64,000 nt of DNA. It comes from Chthoniobacteraceae bacterium (lineage in GTDB: Bacteria > Verrucomicrobiota > Verrucomicrobiia > Chthoniobacterales > Chthoniobacteraceae). Under the pieces are notes generated by a model. The model made no database searches and had not been told where the DNA came from. It worked only from the letters and a program-made list of their open reading frames with translations. How positions within the stretch are numbered: position 1 is the first letter of the stretch; each line of letters begins with the position of its first letter. Made by a program: the position numbers and the translations under genes. This document shows, in pieces, positions 48,801 through 58,300 of the stretch. Where the stretch lies: positions 8,784 through 72,783 of the forward strand of contig JBEBGD010000017.1 in assembly GCA_040081625.1 (NCBI GenBank), given 5' to 3'.

Positions 48801-48868
48801 GTCAGCGGTGCATCGGCAGCGGCGAAGGCCGTGCTGCCGAGTGCGAGTAGGATGATGGATTTGCGCAT
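45836..48868 (-). CDS. PSCyt1/DUF1549/DUF1553 protein
   Basis: 'FFESKVRPIL..CYKCH'; CARCHDH; 'YGERWGRHWLD', 'PSHPELLD', 'RRSVY'. Confidence 0.93.
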   Translation of the reverse strand: MRKSIILLALGSTAFAAADAPLTSEQTEFFESKVRPILSAQCYKCHSLEENKVKGGLSLDTKNGWQKGGDSGAVIEPGHPEKSLLITAIGYKDADLQMPPKGEKLSDEQIAVLTKWVKMGAPDPRVADEATKTKLTGLTDSARHHWAYLPVVKPAVPTVKNANWCKTPIDAYIAQGLEANGMVPNKQAGKEALIRRAYYDLIGLPPTPYEVADFIKDQSPDAFAKVVNKLLASPHYGERWGRHWLDTARYSDTKGGERNARRETEYRFPNAWTYRDYVVKAFNDDKPYDQFVIEQLAADQLPNVKDGDPRLAALGFLTVGERFRSVNDVINDRIDVVGKGLLGLTVSCARCHDHMFDPIPTRDYYALHGVFASVIEPDHGPVLAMSKKDQFADYQEKFNAAVKEMQSRYYGGMEKFLVDFWQKPEPYLQAALTFSSKGKGSDADATKERNKLISKHDLHPQFVQFLARGLAANPGVWAPLYELKQRGKFDVADFAKRGSEMSDRLSRKISSTKGEEKGKYGRMPEQASSRGANKFVLEAMTATPPTSVNDAVKIYAALITAQKEQAKGMFAAVKNATSSTVDGFDQELIDLLRGPFVIEPASVMTRDAMESSYLSWPNQIQGRANLNFGEINLLEITHPGAPAKAMVLADKPNPKDSPIFIRGESQSRGPIAPRGFLEVLSPDHKPIPFTQGSGRLDLAKAIADKGNPLTARVAMNRLWMHHFGEGLVTTPDDLGVMAGKPSHPELLDYLSAKFMESGWSMKTMHKIVMLSAVYQQSTETNKAYETKDPMNHLLWRANIRRLDFESMRDSLLVFSGQLEKTIGGKPVNLTDEPYSYRRSVYGYVDRGNLPELMQNFDFSDPDMPNSKRTTTVVPQQALFLMNSSMAVDISRKIAARPEIVKATSTDEKVRWMYRIMFQRMPSAQEMSIARSFIQEVEGTPAVADVQPVASASEKSEKSDKKSTKGFKPKRSDPNFGPIQNQGETVERRPQTAWEAYAQALLFANELAYVN

Positions 48869-48874
48869 GAGAGT

Positions 48875-50275
48875 TTAGGCGATGACGTCCTTGACCACGT
48901 TGCCGAAGTTGTCGGTGAAGCGGAAATCGCGGCCGTTGTAACGATAGGTGAGCTTCTTGTGATCGAAGCCGAGCAGGTGCAGCACGGTCGCGTGCAGGTC
49001 GTGGATGTGGACCTTGTTGACCGCGGCGCGCGCGCCGAACTCATCGGTCTCGCCATACACGGTGCCGCCCTTCACGCCGCCGCCGGCGAGCCAGCCGACC
49101 ATCGCGCGGCCGTTGTGATCGCGGCCCGGGTTTTCGTTGCCGTTGCGGTCGCGGGTCACGGTGCGGCCGAATTCGCCACCCCAGATCACGAGCGTGTCGT
49201 CGAGCAGCCCGCGCTGCTTGAGATCGGTGAGGAGCGCCGCGGCGGGCACGTCCACTTCACCGGCCTTGCGGCGCATGGCGGTCTCGAGCGCGTTGTGGTG
49301 ATCCCAGCCGCCATGCTCGATCTGCACGAAGCGCACACCGCGCTCAACGAGCCGGCGGGCGATGAGCATCTTCGCGCCCATCGGGCCGTTGCCATACATG
49401 TCGCGGATTTTCTGCGGCTCCTTGGAGATGTCGAAGGCGTCGGTCGCCTCAGTCTGCATCTTGAAAGCCATCTCGAAGGCCTGGATGCGCGCCTCGAGCT
49501 GCTCATCCTTCTGCAGCGTCGCCGAGTGCATCTGGTTGAGCTTCTGCGCGAGGTCGAGCTGCGCGCGCTGCGTGCTCGTGCCGGTGAACTGATTGCGGAT
49601 GTTCAGCAGCACCTCCTCGAGGCGCATGCCGGGATTGTAGTTCACGTTCACGCCCTGCGTGACGCCCGGCAGGAAGGACGCCTGGCGCCACTCCGGCTTG
49701 CCGCCGAGGGTGATGAAGCCCGGCATGTTCTGGTTCTCCGTGCCCAGACCGTAGAGCACCCACGAGCCCCACGCCGGCTTCGGAAGCTGAAGCGAGCCGG
49801 TGTTCATGAACCGCTGCGCGACTTCGTGCGCCGGGATGTCCGTCCACAGCGAGCGGATGACCGCCATCTCATCGACGTGCTTGGCCAGCTCCGGGAAAAC
49901 CTCGCTCACCTCGGTGCCCGACTTCCCGTGCTTCTCGAACTTGAACGGCGAGCCGTAGGCCAGCCCCGTGTGGCCGGGGATCTCCTGCTCGTGATGCTTC
50001 TGGAGCAGCGGCTTCGGATCGAAGGTATCGACGTGCGACGGACCGCCCGAGGCGAAGATGTGAATGACGCGCTTGGCCTTGACCGGGAAGTGCGGCTGCT
50101 TGGGAGTCAGCGGCCCCTTCGCCGCGCCACCAGTCGCAGCCCCGGCGGTCCCGCCGAGGATCGAAGCGAGGCACATCGCCCCGTAGCCCATGCCGGTCTT
50201 TTCGAGGAATTCGCGGCGGCTGGCGCAGAGGGTCGGGAGATGTTCGAGTGGGTTGTAATTCGGGATGGTATTCAT
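48875..50275 (-). CDS. DUF1501 domain-containing protein
   Basis: 'SRREFL', 'GGPSHVDTFDPKP', 'GGEFGRT', 'GRDHN'. Confidence 0.93.
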   Translation of the reverse strand: MNTIPNYNPLEHLPTLCASRREFLEKTGMGYGAMCLASILGGTAGAATGGAAKGPLTPKQPHFPVKAKRVIHIFASGGPSHVDTFDPKPLLQKHHEQEIPGHTGLAYGSPFKFEKHGKSGTEVSEVFPELAKHVDEMAVIRSLWTDIPAHEVAQRFMNTGSLQLPKPAWGSWVLYGLGTENQNMPGFITLGGKPEWRQASFLPGVTQGVNVNYNPGMRLEEVLLNIRNQFTGTSTQRAQLDLAQKLNQMHSATLQKDEQLEARIQAFEMAFKMQTEATDAFDISKEPQKIRDMYGNGPMGAKMLIARRLVERGVRFVQIEHGGWDHHNALETAMRRKAGEVDVPAAALLTDLKQRGLLDDTLVIWGGEFGRTVTRDRNGNENPGRDHNGRAMVGWLAGGGVKGGTVYGETDEFGARAAVNKVHIHDLHATVLHLLGFDHKKLTYRYNGRDFRFTDNFGNVVKDVIA

Positions 50276-50465
50276 GTCGGTAGGTTTACGAAGTGGTCGG
50301 TGTATCGTTGCAATGTAATAGCAGCAGACGGCGCCGGGTCGCTTTAAGTCGGACTGTCCCCTTGGGTAGCGCCACGCCCGCCCAGTCCGGCAGGCCCGCG
50401 AAAATCACGGCCAGCGAGGTTTACGAAGCGAGTCCGGGGCGTCCACCCCGCGCATCATCCGCTGC

Positions 50466-51161
50466 TCAAGCGAGATCGAAAAGCAGCGCCTCCGCATCCT
50501 CGCTCGCGCGGAACGTGAGCCGACCCGCGGTTTCCGTGCTCGCGCCGTCGCCAGCCGCGAGCGCCGAGTCATTCAGCGTGAGCGCTCCACCGGCCACCTG
50601 CACCCACACGCCGCGACCGGGCAGAAGCTCATGCGTCACCTGCCCGCCCGCCTTCAACCGCAGGCGGAAGATGTCCGCGTCCTGATGGATCGTCGCCGAG
50701 CCCTCGCGCCCGTCGGACGAAATCACGAGCACCTTCTCCGCGCTCTCGTGCTCCGGCTTCGGATGCCACTCCGTGTAGCCCGGCGCCAGCCCGCGCTTCG
50801 CCGGCGTGATCCAGATCTGCAGGATGTGCGTCGCCTCCTTCGCCGGATTGAACTCGCTGTGCTGCACGCCCGTCCCAGCGCTCATGAGCTGGATTTGCCC
50901 CGGTCGCAGCACGCTCCCGTTGCCCATCGAGTCCTTGTGCTGGAGCGCCCCGGCGAGCACGTAGGAGAAGATTTCCATGTCCCGGTGCGGGTGCATCCCG
51001 AAGCCCATGTGCGGCGCGATGTGGTCGTCATTGATCACGCGCAGCGAGCGGAAGCCCATGTGCGCCGGGTCGTGGTAGTCGGCGAAAGAGAACGTGTGCC
51101 AGGAGTCGAGCCACCCGTGTTCGGCGTGGCCGCGGTCGGTTGCTTTGCGGATGGTGATCAT
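50466..51161 (-). CDS. Pirin family protein
   Basis: 'GWLDSWHTFSFA', 'HPHRDMEI', 'AGTGVQHSE'. Start at ATG 51161. Confidence 0.93.
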   Translation of the reverse strand: MITIRKATDRGHAEHGWLDSWHTFSFADYHDPAHMGFRSLRVINDDHIAPHMGFGMHPHRDMEIFSYVLAGALQHKDSMGNGSVLRPGQIQLMSAGTGVQHSEFNPAKEATHILQIWITPAKRGLAPGYTEWHPKPEHESAEKVLVISSDGREGSATIHQDADIFRLRLKAGGQVTHELLPGRGVWVQVAGGALTLNDSALAAGDGASTETAGRLTFRASEDAEALLFDLA

Positions 51162-51244
51162 GCTCCGACTCTGCCGCACGCGCGCCGCGGCGCCCAATAC
51201 CTTCTGGCTCGCGCAGCGATGCCTTTCCGGCATGATTCGCCGCA

Positions 51245-52138
51245 ATGGAACTCCGCCACCTGCGCTACTTCGTCGCCATCGCCGAGTCGCTCAGCTTCAC
51301 CAAAGCGGCGGCAACCGTGCGCGTCGCGCAGCCCGCGCTGAGCCGGCAGCTCCGCGACCTCGAAGCCGAACTCGGCGCGCGCCTGCTCGAGCGCAACTCG
51401 CGCGGCGTCTGCCTCACGCCGGCGGGCGAGACCTTCGTCGCCGAAGCCCGCGCCGTCCTCGCACGCGCCGACCAGGCCATCGCCGCCGTGCGGCGCGCGG
51501 CGAACACCGAGGTCATCCACATCGGCTACGCACCCACGCTCGCCACGCCGCACCTGCCCGGCGCGATCGAACGCTGGAACGCGCTCCACCCGCTCGCCCG
51601 CGCCGAATTGCACGATCTCTCAACCGCCGAAATGCTCGCGGGTCTGCGCGCGGGCAAACTCGATGTCATCATCGGCGCGCGCCCGGCCCGTGAACCGGAC
51701 GCCATCGAATCCCAAACGCTGCGCGCGGAAGGCATGGTGCTCGCCCTCCCGCCACGCCATGCGCTCGCGAAAACCGTGACCATCCCGGTCGCAAAGCTCG
51801 CCGACGTCCCGCTGATCACTTTCGCCGCCGCCGACTACCCCGAATACGTCGCGCACGTCGCGGCGTATCTCCGCAAGCACCGCGTGAAGTTCGCCCCCGT
51901 GCAGGAGTTCGATGGCGTGATGAGCCTCGTCGCCGCCGTCGAGTCCGGCGTCGGTGTGGCGCTGGTCTCCGATAGCATCACGTGCCTCTTCCCGCGCCGC
52001 GTGCCGCTGCGAATCCTCAATCCCGCGCCCGCGCGCTTCCCCATCGCCGTGAGCTGGCGGCCAAAAGCCGCGCCGCCGCTCGTGCGCGATTTCGTGGCCG
52101 CGCTCAAGGAATCGGGGCGCCGTCGCCCCGGCCGTTGA
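51245..52138 (+). CDS. LysR-family transcriptional regulator
   Basis: 'MELRHLRYFVAIAE.LSFTKAA..QPALSRQ'; divergent from pirin. Confidence 0.95.
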   Translation: MELRHLRYFVAIAESLSFTKAAATVRVAQPALSRQLRDLEAELGARLLERNSRGVCLTPAGETFVAEARAVLARADQAIAAVRRAANTEVIHIGYAPTLATPHLPGAIERWNALHPLARAELHDLSTAEMLAGLRAGKLDVIIGARPAREPDAIESQTLRAEGMVLALPPRHALAKTVTIPVAKLADVPLITFAAADYPEYVAHVAAYLRKHRVKFAPVQEFDGVMSLVAAVESGVGVALVSDSITCLFPRRVPLRILNPAPARFPIAVSWRPKAAPPLVRDFVAALKESGRRRPGR

Positions 52139-52154
52139 TGGCGATGCCCTCGCC

Positions 52155-55100
52155 TCAAATCGTGCGGATGATGATGTCGTCCGCGTCGTCCGTGCCGCCA
52201 GTGGCGCCGGTGTCGAGGACGTTGGGGAAGCCGGGGACCGTGGTTCCGTTCACGATGATCTTGCCGAGGACGGCGGCCTGGATGGCGAAGTTGTGATTCA
52301 CCGCGCCATTCACAGCCACGGTGCTGATCGTCGCGCCGATCGTGATGGGGCCGATCTTCGATGTCTGCGCCACCAACCCGGCCATACCCGCCACGTCGTC
52401 GCCGTCTCCGAGGATGCCATTCACGGCAGCGATTCCGGCCGAGATGGTGTTTTCCTCGAACTGCGTCTTCACGTTGATCGCGCCGATGCTGGCGGGTCGC
52501 AAAAAGACGTCCGCGTTCGCCCCCGCGCCGCCGACGGCGAAGTCCGCGCCCAAATGCGCGCCAGCCAGCAAATCAGTGATCGTCATCCCACCCGGCGCTG
52601 TGACTGCGCCGATGTTTCCGGCGGCGGACAAGGTGAGAGCTTGCAACGTCCCGGAGACCGTGACGTTGCCGAGGCCGAAGGTTTTCAGCGCAGCTATCTG
52701 CGCGGCGGCAGTTGGCAAATTCTCCCATCCCCGCAGCGCGAGGCCCGCGTAGATCCCGCCGCTGCCGATGCCGGCGCCGGATGGCAGCTTCGGAGTGGCG
52801 ACGGTCACCGGGCCGATCCCAGCGGCGGCGACGAAGGAAAAGTTTCCGATGCCGCTGCCGGACTTGTTGCCGGTGTTGGCAAAATTCAGCGTCACCGAGA
52901 CTCCGGCGATCGCGCCGGTGCTGGCGCTCAGACCTGAATCCGCGATGCCCGTGAGCGAAGCGTTGCCGCCGTCCGCGGCCGAGGTCAGAGCGACCGCTAC
53001 TTTGCCGATCCGTGCCGCATTCACGCTGACGTCGCTGATCCCGGTCGCCGTGTTGTCGCCTTTGCGCACGATGTTCGCCCCGGCCAGGATGCCGGGCGGT
53101 GTGGGTGCGGTCGAGATCTCATAGGCCTCGAGCGAGCCGTCGGTCGTGGTGATCCTGCCGATGCCACCCACGGTCGCGATGAGGTCTTGCTTCGTGGCGC
53201 TGCCGGCGTTGAGCACGTCGTTGAAGACACCGCCCTGGAAATGTTTGGCCGTGAGCGCGCCGATCGACGCTGCGCGGATCGCGCCGCGGAAGTCGAACTT
53301 CGGAATGCTGATCGCGCCGACCGCACTCGTCGTGTCGATCGCGAGATCGAAGTCGTCGTTCACCTTTACCTTGAGCACCTGCTTCGCCGTGCCGCCGCTG
53401 CGGAGGAGGACATCGTCATCCATCTTGTCGAGCGTCAGCGCGCCGAGCGCGCCCTCGACGCCGATGGTGCCGGCGAAGGTCGTGCCCTTGCCGAGCGTGA
53501 TGCTCTTCAGCGCGGAATCGGCGTGGATCGAGCCGACCGTGACGCCACCGCTGGCGGGGAGCACTTTCACCGCGAGCGCCGACTTCGCCGTGGCGCCATG
53601 GATCGCGATCTGGCCGATCTCGTCGCCGTTCCGCAGCAGGTCGAACGTGCCGCCGCCGGTGAGCGTGACGATGACTTTGTCGCCGTCGCCCTGGGTGAAG
53701 GAAAACGTCGTCACGTCGTTGGCGAGCGCCGTGTTTGGCGAGAACTCCGCGGCACCGATGTCGATGGCGTCCGAGTTGTCGAAATCGCCGTCGAGTCGCC
53801 GCCCGAAACCTGGCCCGCGCTGGTCGTGGCGCAGCGCCTCGCCGAGCGGCGTTTCCCCCGCGGCATTGCTGCCCGCATCGATCACCGGGCTGCCGGCCAG
53901 CGGCAGCATCGTGAAGGTCCGCCCGCCATTGTCCTGCAGCGGCCCGAGCTTCGCACTGAGCGGCGTGGCCGCGGTGCCGATCCGGTTGCCGCCCACGCCA
54001 TTCGTGATCCCGGTGAGCGCGGCGTCGCCGATACCGATGAAGTTGTTCACGCTCCCCGCAGCGATGGCCCCGCGGATGTCGTCGGGTTCGCTGCCGGCGG
54101 CGAAGTTCCCGGCGACGATCGTGTTGCTCATGGTGAGCGTCGCGCCGGCCTCGATGACGATGCCGCCGGCGCCGTTCCCGGCACTGCCGCTCGCGTCCAC
54201 ATTGCCGCTGATCGTGCTGTTGACGATCGTCACGGTGCCGCCTTCGAGCTTGAGGCCGCCCGCGCCTTCGTTCCCCACCGCGGTGTTGCCCGCGATCGTC
54301 GAATTGAAGATGAACAACGTGCCGGAAATGTTCCGGATCGCGCCGCCACGCCCTTCGCTCAAGTTGCCCGAGAGGATGCTGTGGGAAATCGTCAGCGCGC
54401 CGGTGTTGTTGATGGCTCCACCAAAAAACTGCGGCCCGAGACCGGAGTTCCCCGAGATCGTCGTGCCCTCGATCGACATCGTTCCGGCATTTTGAATCGC
54501 GCCGCCGTCGCCATCACTCGCGCCGCGATTGCCGCTGATGGTGCTGTCCACGATCGTGGTGCGGGTCCCGGCCGTCGCATCGATCCCGCCAGCGTCCTCG
54601 ACCGAGCTATTCCCCGCGATGAGTGTGCGGAAAATCGAGAGCTTCGCGTTCGCACCCGTCGTGGCGATGGCTCCGCCGTTCGAGGTGGCGGCCTCGTTGG
54701 CGGAGTTTTCCAGCAGGCGGCTGTCGGTGATGGTGAGGTCGGCCATGCCACCCGTGTTGAAAATGCCGCCACCGTCGCGGGCGGCATTCTGCGAGACGAG
54801 CACGTCGTCGAGACGGAGCGTCGTCGAGTTGTGGATCCCGCCGCCGTCGCCCCCCGTGACGTTGCCGGCCTTGATCGCCAGGTGCGCGAGCGACACGGAC
54901 TCGGTCGCCGCCGTGATCCGCAGCACGCGCGTCGCGCCGGAGCCGACGAGCGAAATGCTCTCATCGAACGAGCCCGGCCCGGTGATGCTCAGCGCGCCGC
55001 CACCATCGATGAGCAGCTCGCTCGTGAGGACGATCGAACCGCCCCCCAGTGCCGGAGCAAAAGTGATCGAGTCGTGCAGGAAATCGCCGCGGAGCGCATC

Positions 55101-55280
55101 GCCGGACGGCTGATTCGTCGTCGCCGCGAGGACCGCCTCGCGCAACGTCAGCAGCCCGTCGGAAGCGGGAGCGCCGTCGAGGAGCGAGTTCACGACGAAC
55201 GTCGCCGGTGCGATTCGAGCCTCGAGCGGTTCGATGTGGGTGTGAAGTGGCGCAGCCTGTTTCCCCTTTGTCAGTTTCAT
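52155..55280 (-). CDS. Large surface protein: LEPR-XLL-like leader, CSLREA-like motif, parallel beta-helix, choice-of-anchor-Q-like domain
   Basis: 'IEPLEARIAPA', 'LTLREAV', GGAI repeats, 'LGPLQDNGG..T..GSPVIDAG..DQRG..DIGA'. Confidence 0.85.
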   Translation of the reverse strand: MKLTKGKQAAPLHTHIEPLEARIAPATFVVNSLLDGAPASDGLLTLREAVLAATTNQPSGDALRGDFLHDSITFAPALGGGSIVLTSELLIDGGGALSITGPGSFDESISLVGSGATRVLRITAATESVSLAHLAIKAGNVTGGDGGGIHNSTTLRLDDVLVSQNAARDGGGIFNTGGMADLTITDSRLLENSANEAATSNGGAIATTGANAKLSIFRTLIAGNSSVEDAGGIDATAGTRTTIVDSTISGNRGASDGDGGAIQNAGTMSIEGTTISGNSGLGPQFFGGAINNTGALTISHSILSGNLSEGRGGAIRNISGTLFIFNSTIAGNTAVGNEGAGGLKLEGGTVTIVNSTISGNVDASGSAGNGAGGIVIEAGATLTMSNTIVAGNFAAGSEPDDIRGAIAAGSVNNFIGIGDAALTGITNGVGGNRIGTAATPLSAKLGPLQDNGGRTFTMLPLAGSPVIDAGSNAAGETPLGEALRHDQRGPGFGRRLDGDFDNSDAIDIGAAEFSPNTALANDVTTFSFTQGDGDKVIVTLTGGGTFDLLRNGDEIGQIAIHGATAKSALAVKVLPASGGVTVGSIHADSALKSITLGKGTTFAGTIGVEGALGALTLDKMDDDVLLRSGGTAKQVLKVKVNDDFDLAIDTTSAVGAISIPKFDFRGAIRAASIGALTAKHFQGGVFNDVLNAGSATKQDLIATVGGIGRITTTDGSLEAYEISTAPTPPGILAGANIVRKGDNTATGISDVSVNAARIGKVAVALTSAADGGNASLTGIADSGLSASTGAIAGVSVTLNFANTGNKSGSGIGNFSFVAAAGIGPVTVATPKLPSGAGIGSGGIYAGLALRGWENLPTAAAQIAALKTFGLGNVTVSGTLQALTLSAAGNIGAVTAPGGMTITDLLAGAHLGADFAVGGAGANADVFLRPASIGAINVKTQFEENTISAGIAAVNGILGDGDDVAGMAGLVAQTSKIGPITIGATISTVAVNGAVNHNFAIQAAVLGKIIVNGTTVPGFPNVLDTGATGGTDDADDIIIRTI

Positions 55281-55290
55281 GGGCGGACAA

Positions 55291-55346
55291 GGAGCCGGGA
55301 CGTCCTCACCCCGTCGATAAAAAACGGACGCGGGCGCCCGGGCTCC
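55291..55346. repeat. Imperfect REP-like inverted repeat
   Basis: GGAGCCGGGACGTCC..CCGT / ACGG..GGGCGCCCGGGCTCC between the two giant genes. Confidence 0.4.
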
Positions 55347-55350
55347 CCGC

Positions 55351-58300
55351 TTACCGCGCCACTTCGCGCACGAAGAAGTCCGGCGTCTGGCCGATCGCGA
55401 AGCCGGCGGAGTCGAGGCCGGGGGTAAGCGCGACCTTTACGCCGCCGATGGTTACGCTGTTGATCTGCTGCGCCACGATGCCGAAGCGGTCGCCGGTTTC
55501 GAGGGTGCCGCGCACCTGGCCTTTGATGGTGATGCTCGCGATGATGGCGATCACGTTCGTGGGGCCGCCGGCGATGAACTTGTCGTCGCCATTGCCGAAG
55601 AAGCCGGTCGCATCCAGCGCGCCGGCCCGGGGGATGAGGCCGGCGGTCACGCTCGATGCAATCCAGTCGCCGCCCACGCTGATCGCGCCGATCTGCGCGT
55701 GGCCGTTCACGGGCACGTTTTCCGCCGCGAAGCCGGCGAGCACGAGCGCGCGCTCGAAGTCGCCGCCGACTTTCAGGCTCGTGATCGCGAGCGACGCGAG
55801 GCCGGTGAGCGGCCCGGCACCGCGGATGAGATACGCTTGCTCCGCCGTTCCGATCACGTCGCCCGCGATGCTCACCGGCCCGAGCGTGCCGCCGGCGAGG
55901 ATGCCGCCGGAGAAGACCGCGTCGCCCCCGCGCGCGTCGCCGCCGATGCTCACGCTCGCGATGTTCGCGCCGGGATTGGCGGTGAAAAGGAGCGCGCTCG
56001 CGCTGCCCGCGCCGCCGATCTGGTCGCGCTTGATCGCCACCTTGCCGATGCCGGTGCCCGCGAAGAGTGCGCCGCTGAAAATGCCATCCCCGCCGCGCTG
56101 GTCGCCGCCGATCGTCACCGCGCCGAGGCTGCCGGAAGTGGCCAGCGAGCCGGGGAACGCGAACGCGCCGCCGAGCGCGCCGCCGCTGAAGGTGCCCGCG
56201 CCGCCGAGCATCGAGCCGCCGACGGTGAGCGAGGCGATGGCGGGCGCTTCGACGTAGCCGGAGAGCGCGCCCGCGCCGCCGACGAGATCGCCCCCGATCT
56301 TCACCGGACCGAGGCCGTCCTGCGCAGCGATGAGGCCGGAGAACACCCTCTTCCCGCCGATGACCGAGCCGCCGACGGTCACGCTGGCGGCGGTGCCGGG
56401 CGAGGCGCTGTTTAGAAACAGAAGCAGCGCCTCGCGCACGTCGCCCGCGACTTTCACCGCGCCGGCGGGGCCGAAGATGTCGCTCCGCAGATTCCCACCG
56501 GTGTCCTGCGTGCGCCCGCCGAAGACGCCGAGGCTGCCGAGCGTGAGGCTCTTCACGGCGGGGTCCGCGTCGCCATCGCCCGCGACGATTTTGCCGAGGT
56601 CGCCCGAGATGGTGACTGCGCCGAGGTCGGTGTTGCTCGCGTTGAGGAAGCCCACGTTCACCTTGCCGTCGCCGCCGCCGGCGCGCTTGGCGGTGAGGCT
56701 CACGTTCGCGCCGTCGAACTCGGAGAGCGTGCCGGCCACCGACCCGACGATCAGCGAGAGCAGCCGCGCGCTCGGGTCGGTGGTGCTGTTCGCGAGCAGT
56801 TGAAAATTGCCCTCGGCGAGCGTGCCCTTGGTCACTTTCAAAGTCACCGCGTCGCCGTCCACATCGGTCCACGTCGCGGTCTTGCCGTCGGTCGAGATCG
56901 TCGGGTCGATGAATTCCCCGCTCGGCCCGCCATAGATGACGTAGGCCGCGCCGAGGCCGCCGGTCGAGTAGCTGCCGGGAGCGCCGACGAGCACGTCGGC
57001 GAAGCCGTCGCCATTGACATCGCCCGCGGCGCTGACCGCGAAGCCGGCGAAGTTGCTGGCGGCTTCGCCATGAATCGTGAAACCGTTCGCTCCATCGAGC
57101 GTGGCGGGCGAAAGCGTCGCGCCGAAGCCGCCAGCCCGTCCGAACACGACATACGCGCTGCCGCTCAGGGTGGGCGCGTAAGGCACGCCGACGACGAGAT
57201 CGGCAAAGCCGTCGCCGTTCACATCGCCCGCGCCGTCCACGCTGAAGCCGGCAAATCCTTGCGACACAAGGCCGGGGATCTGGAAGCCATCAGCGCCGTT
57301 GAGGCCGCCGAGCGGGATGGAGAAATCGGCCACCGGCGCGGGGGTGAAGCTGGTTTTCCCAAAGACCACGTAGGCCGCGCCGGCGTTCGTGACATTGCCA
57401 GGATCGCCGGATTCCCCGCCGAAGATCATATCGTCGAAGCCATCGCCATTCACGTCGCCGGCCGCGCCGACGGCATACGTGGCGAAGGTGCTGGGGTTGG
57501 CCGAGGTGAACTTGACGCCCGCCGTGCCCTGGAGCGTCCCGAGGCCGATGGAAAAGCCCGCCGCCGGCGTGGCGGTGAAGCTGGGCCGCCCGAAGACCAC
57601 ATAGGCCGCGGCGTCGCCGGTGCTGGCGGAGTCCGCGCCCACGAGCATGTCGTCGAACCCGTCGCCATTCACATCGCCCGCCGCGCTCACCGATTTCCCG
57701 GCGGTATCGCCCACCACCTCGCCCAGCAGCCGGAAGCCATCCGTGCCATCGAGCGTCTCGAGGCCGATGGTGAAACCCGGCGTCGCCGCGCTGGCAAAGC
57801 TCTGCCGCCCGAAGATCACATAGGCCGCGCCCCGACTGTCTAGGCCAGTCCGCTCGACCCCGATGGCGCCGACGATCACGTCGTCGAACCCATCGCCATT
57901 CACATCGCCGGCGCCGCTGACCGAGAAACCCGCGCGGTCGTTTTGCGCCCCGCCGAGCAGCTTGAGACCATCGGTGCCATCGAGCGCCGCGAGTGCAATG
58001 GAGCCGCTGGCGAAGCTGCTCCGGCCAAAGACCACGTAGGCCGCGCCGGCGCTTAGCCCGCCGGGACGATCCGCCTCGAGGGCGCCGACGATGACGTCGT
58101 CGAAGCCGTCGCCATTCACATCCCCAGCGGCGCTGACGGAAGACCCGGCGTAATCGTTGTCGGTCGAGCCCTGGAGCTTGAAACCGTTGAAGCCGGTGAG
58201 CGCCGTGAGCGTGAAGCTGCTCAGCCCTCCCGCCTGGCCGAACACCACGTAGGACGCGCCGCGGTCGTCACCGCCTTCATCGGAATTATAGGCGCCGACG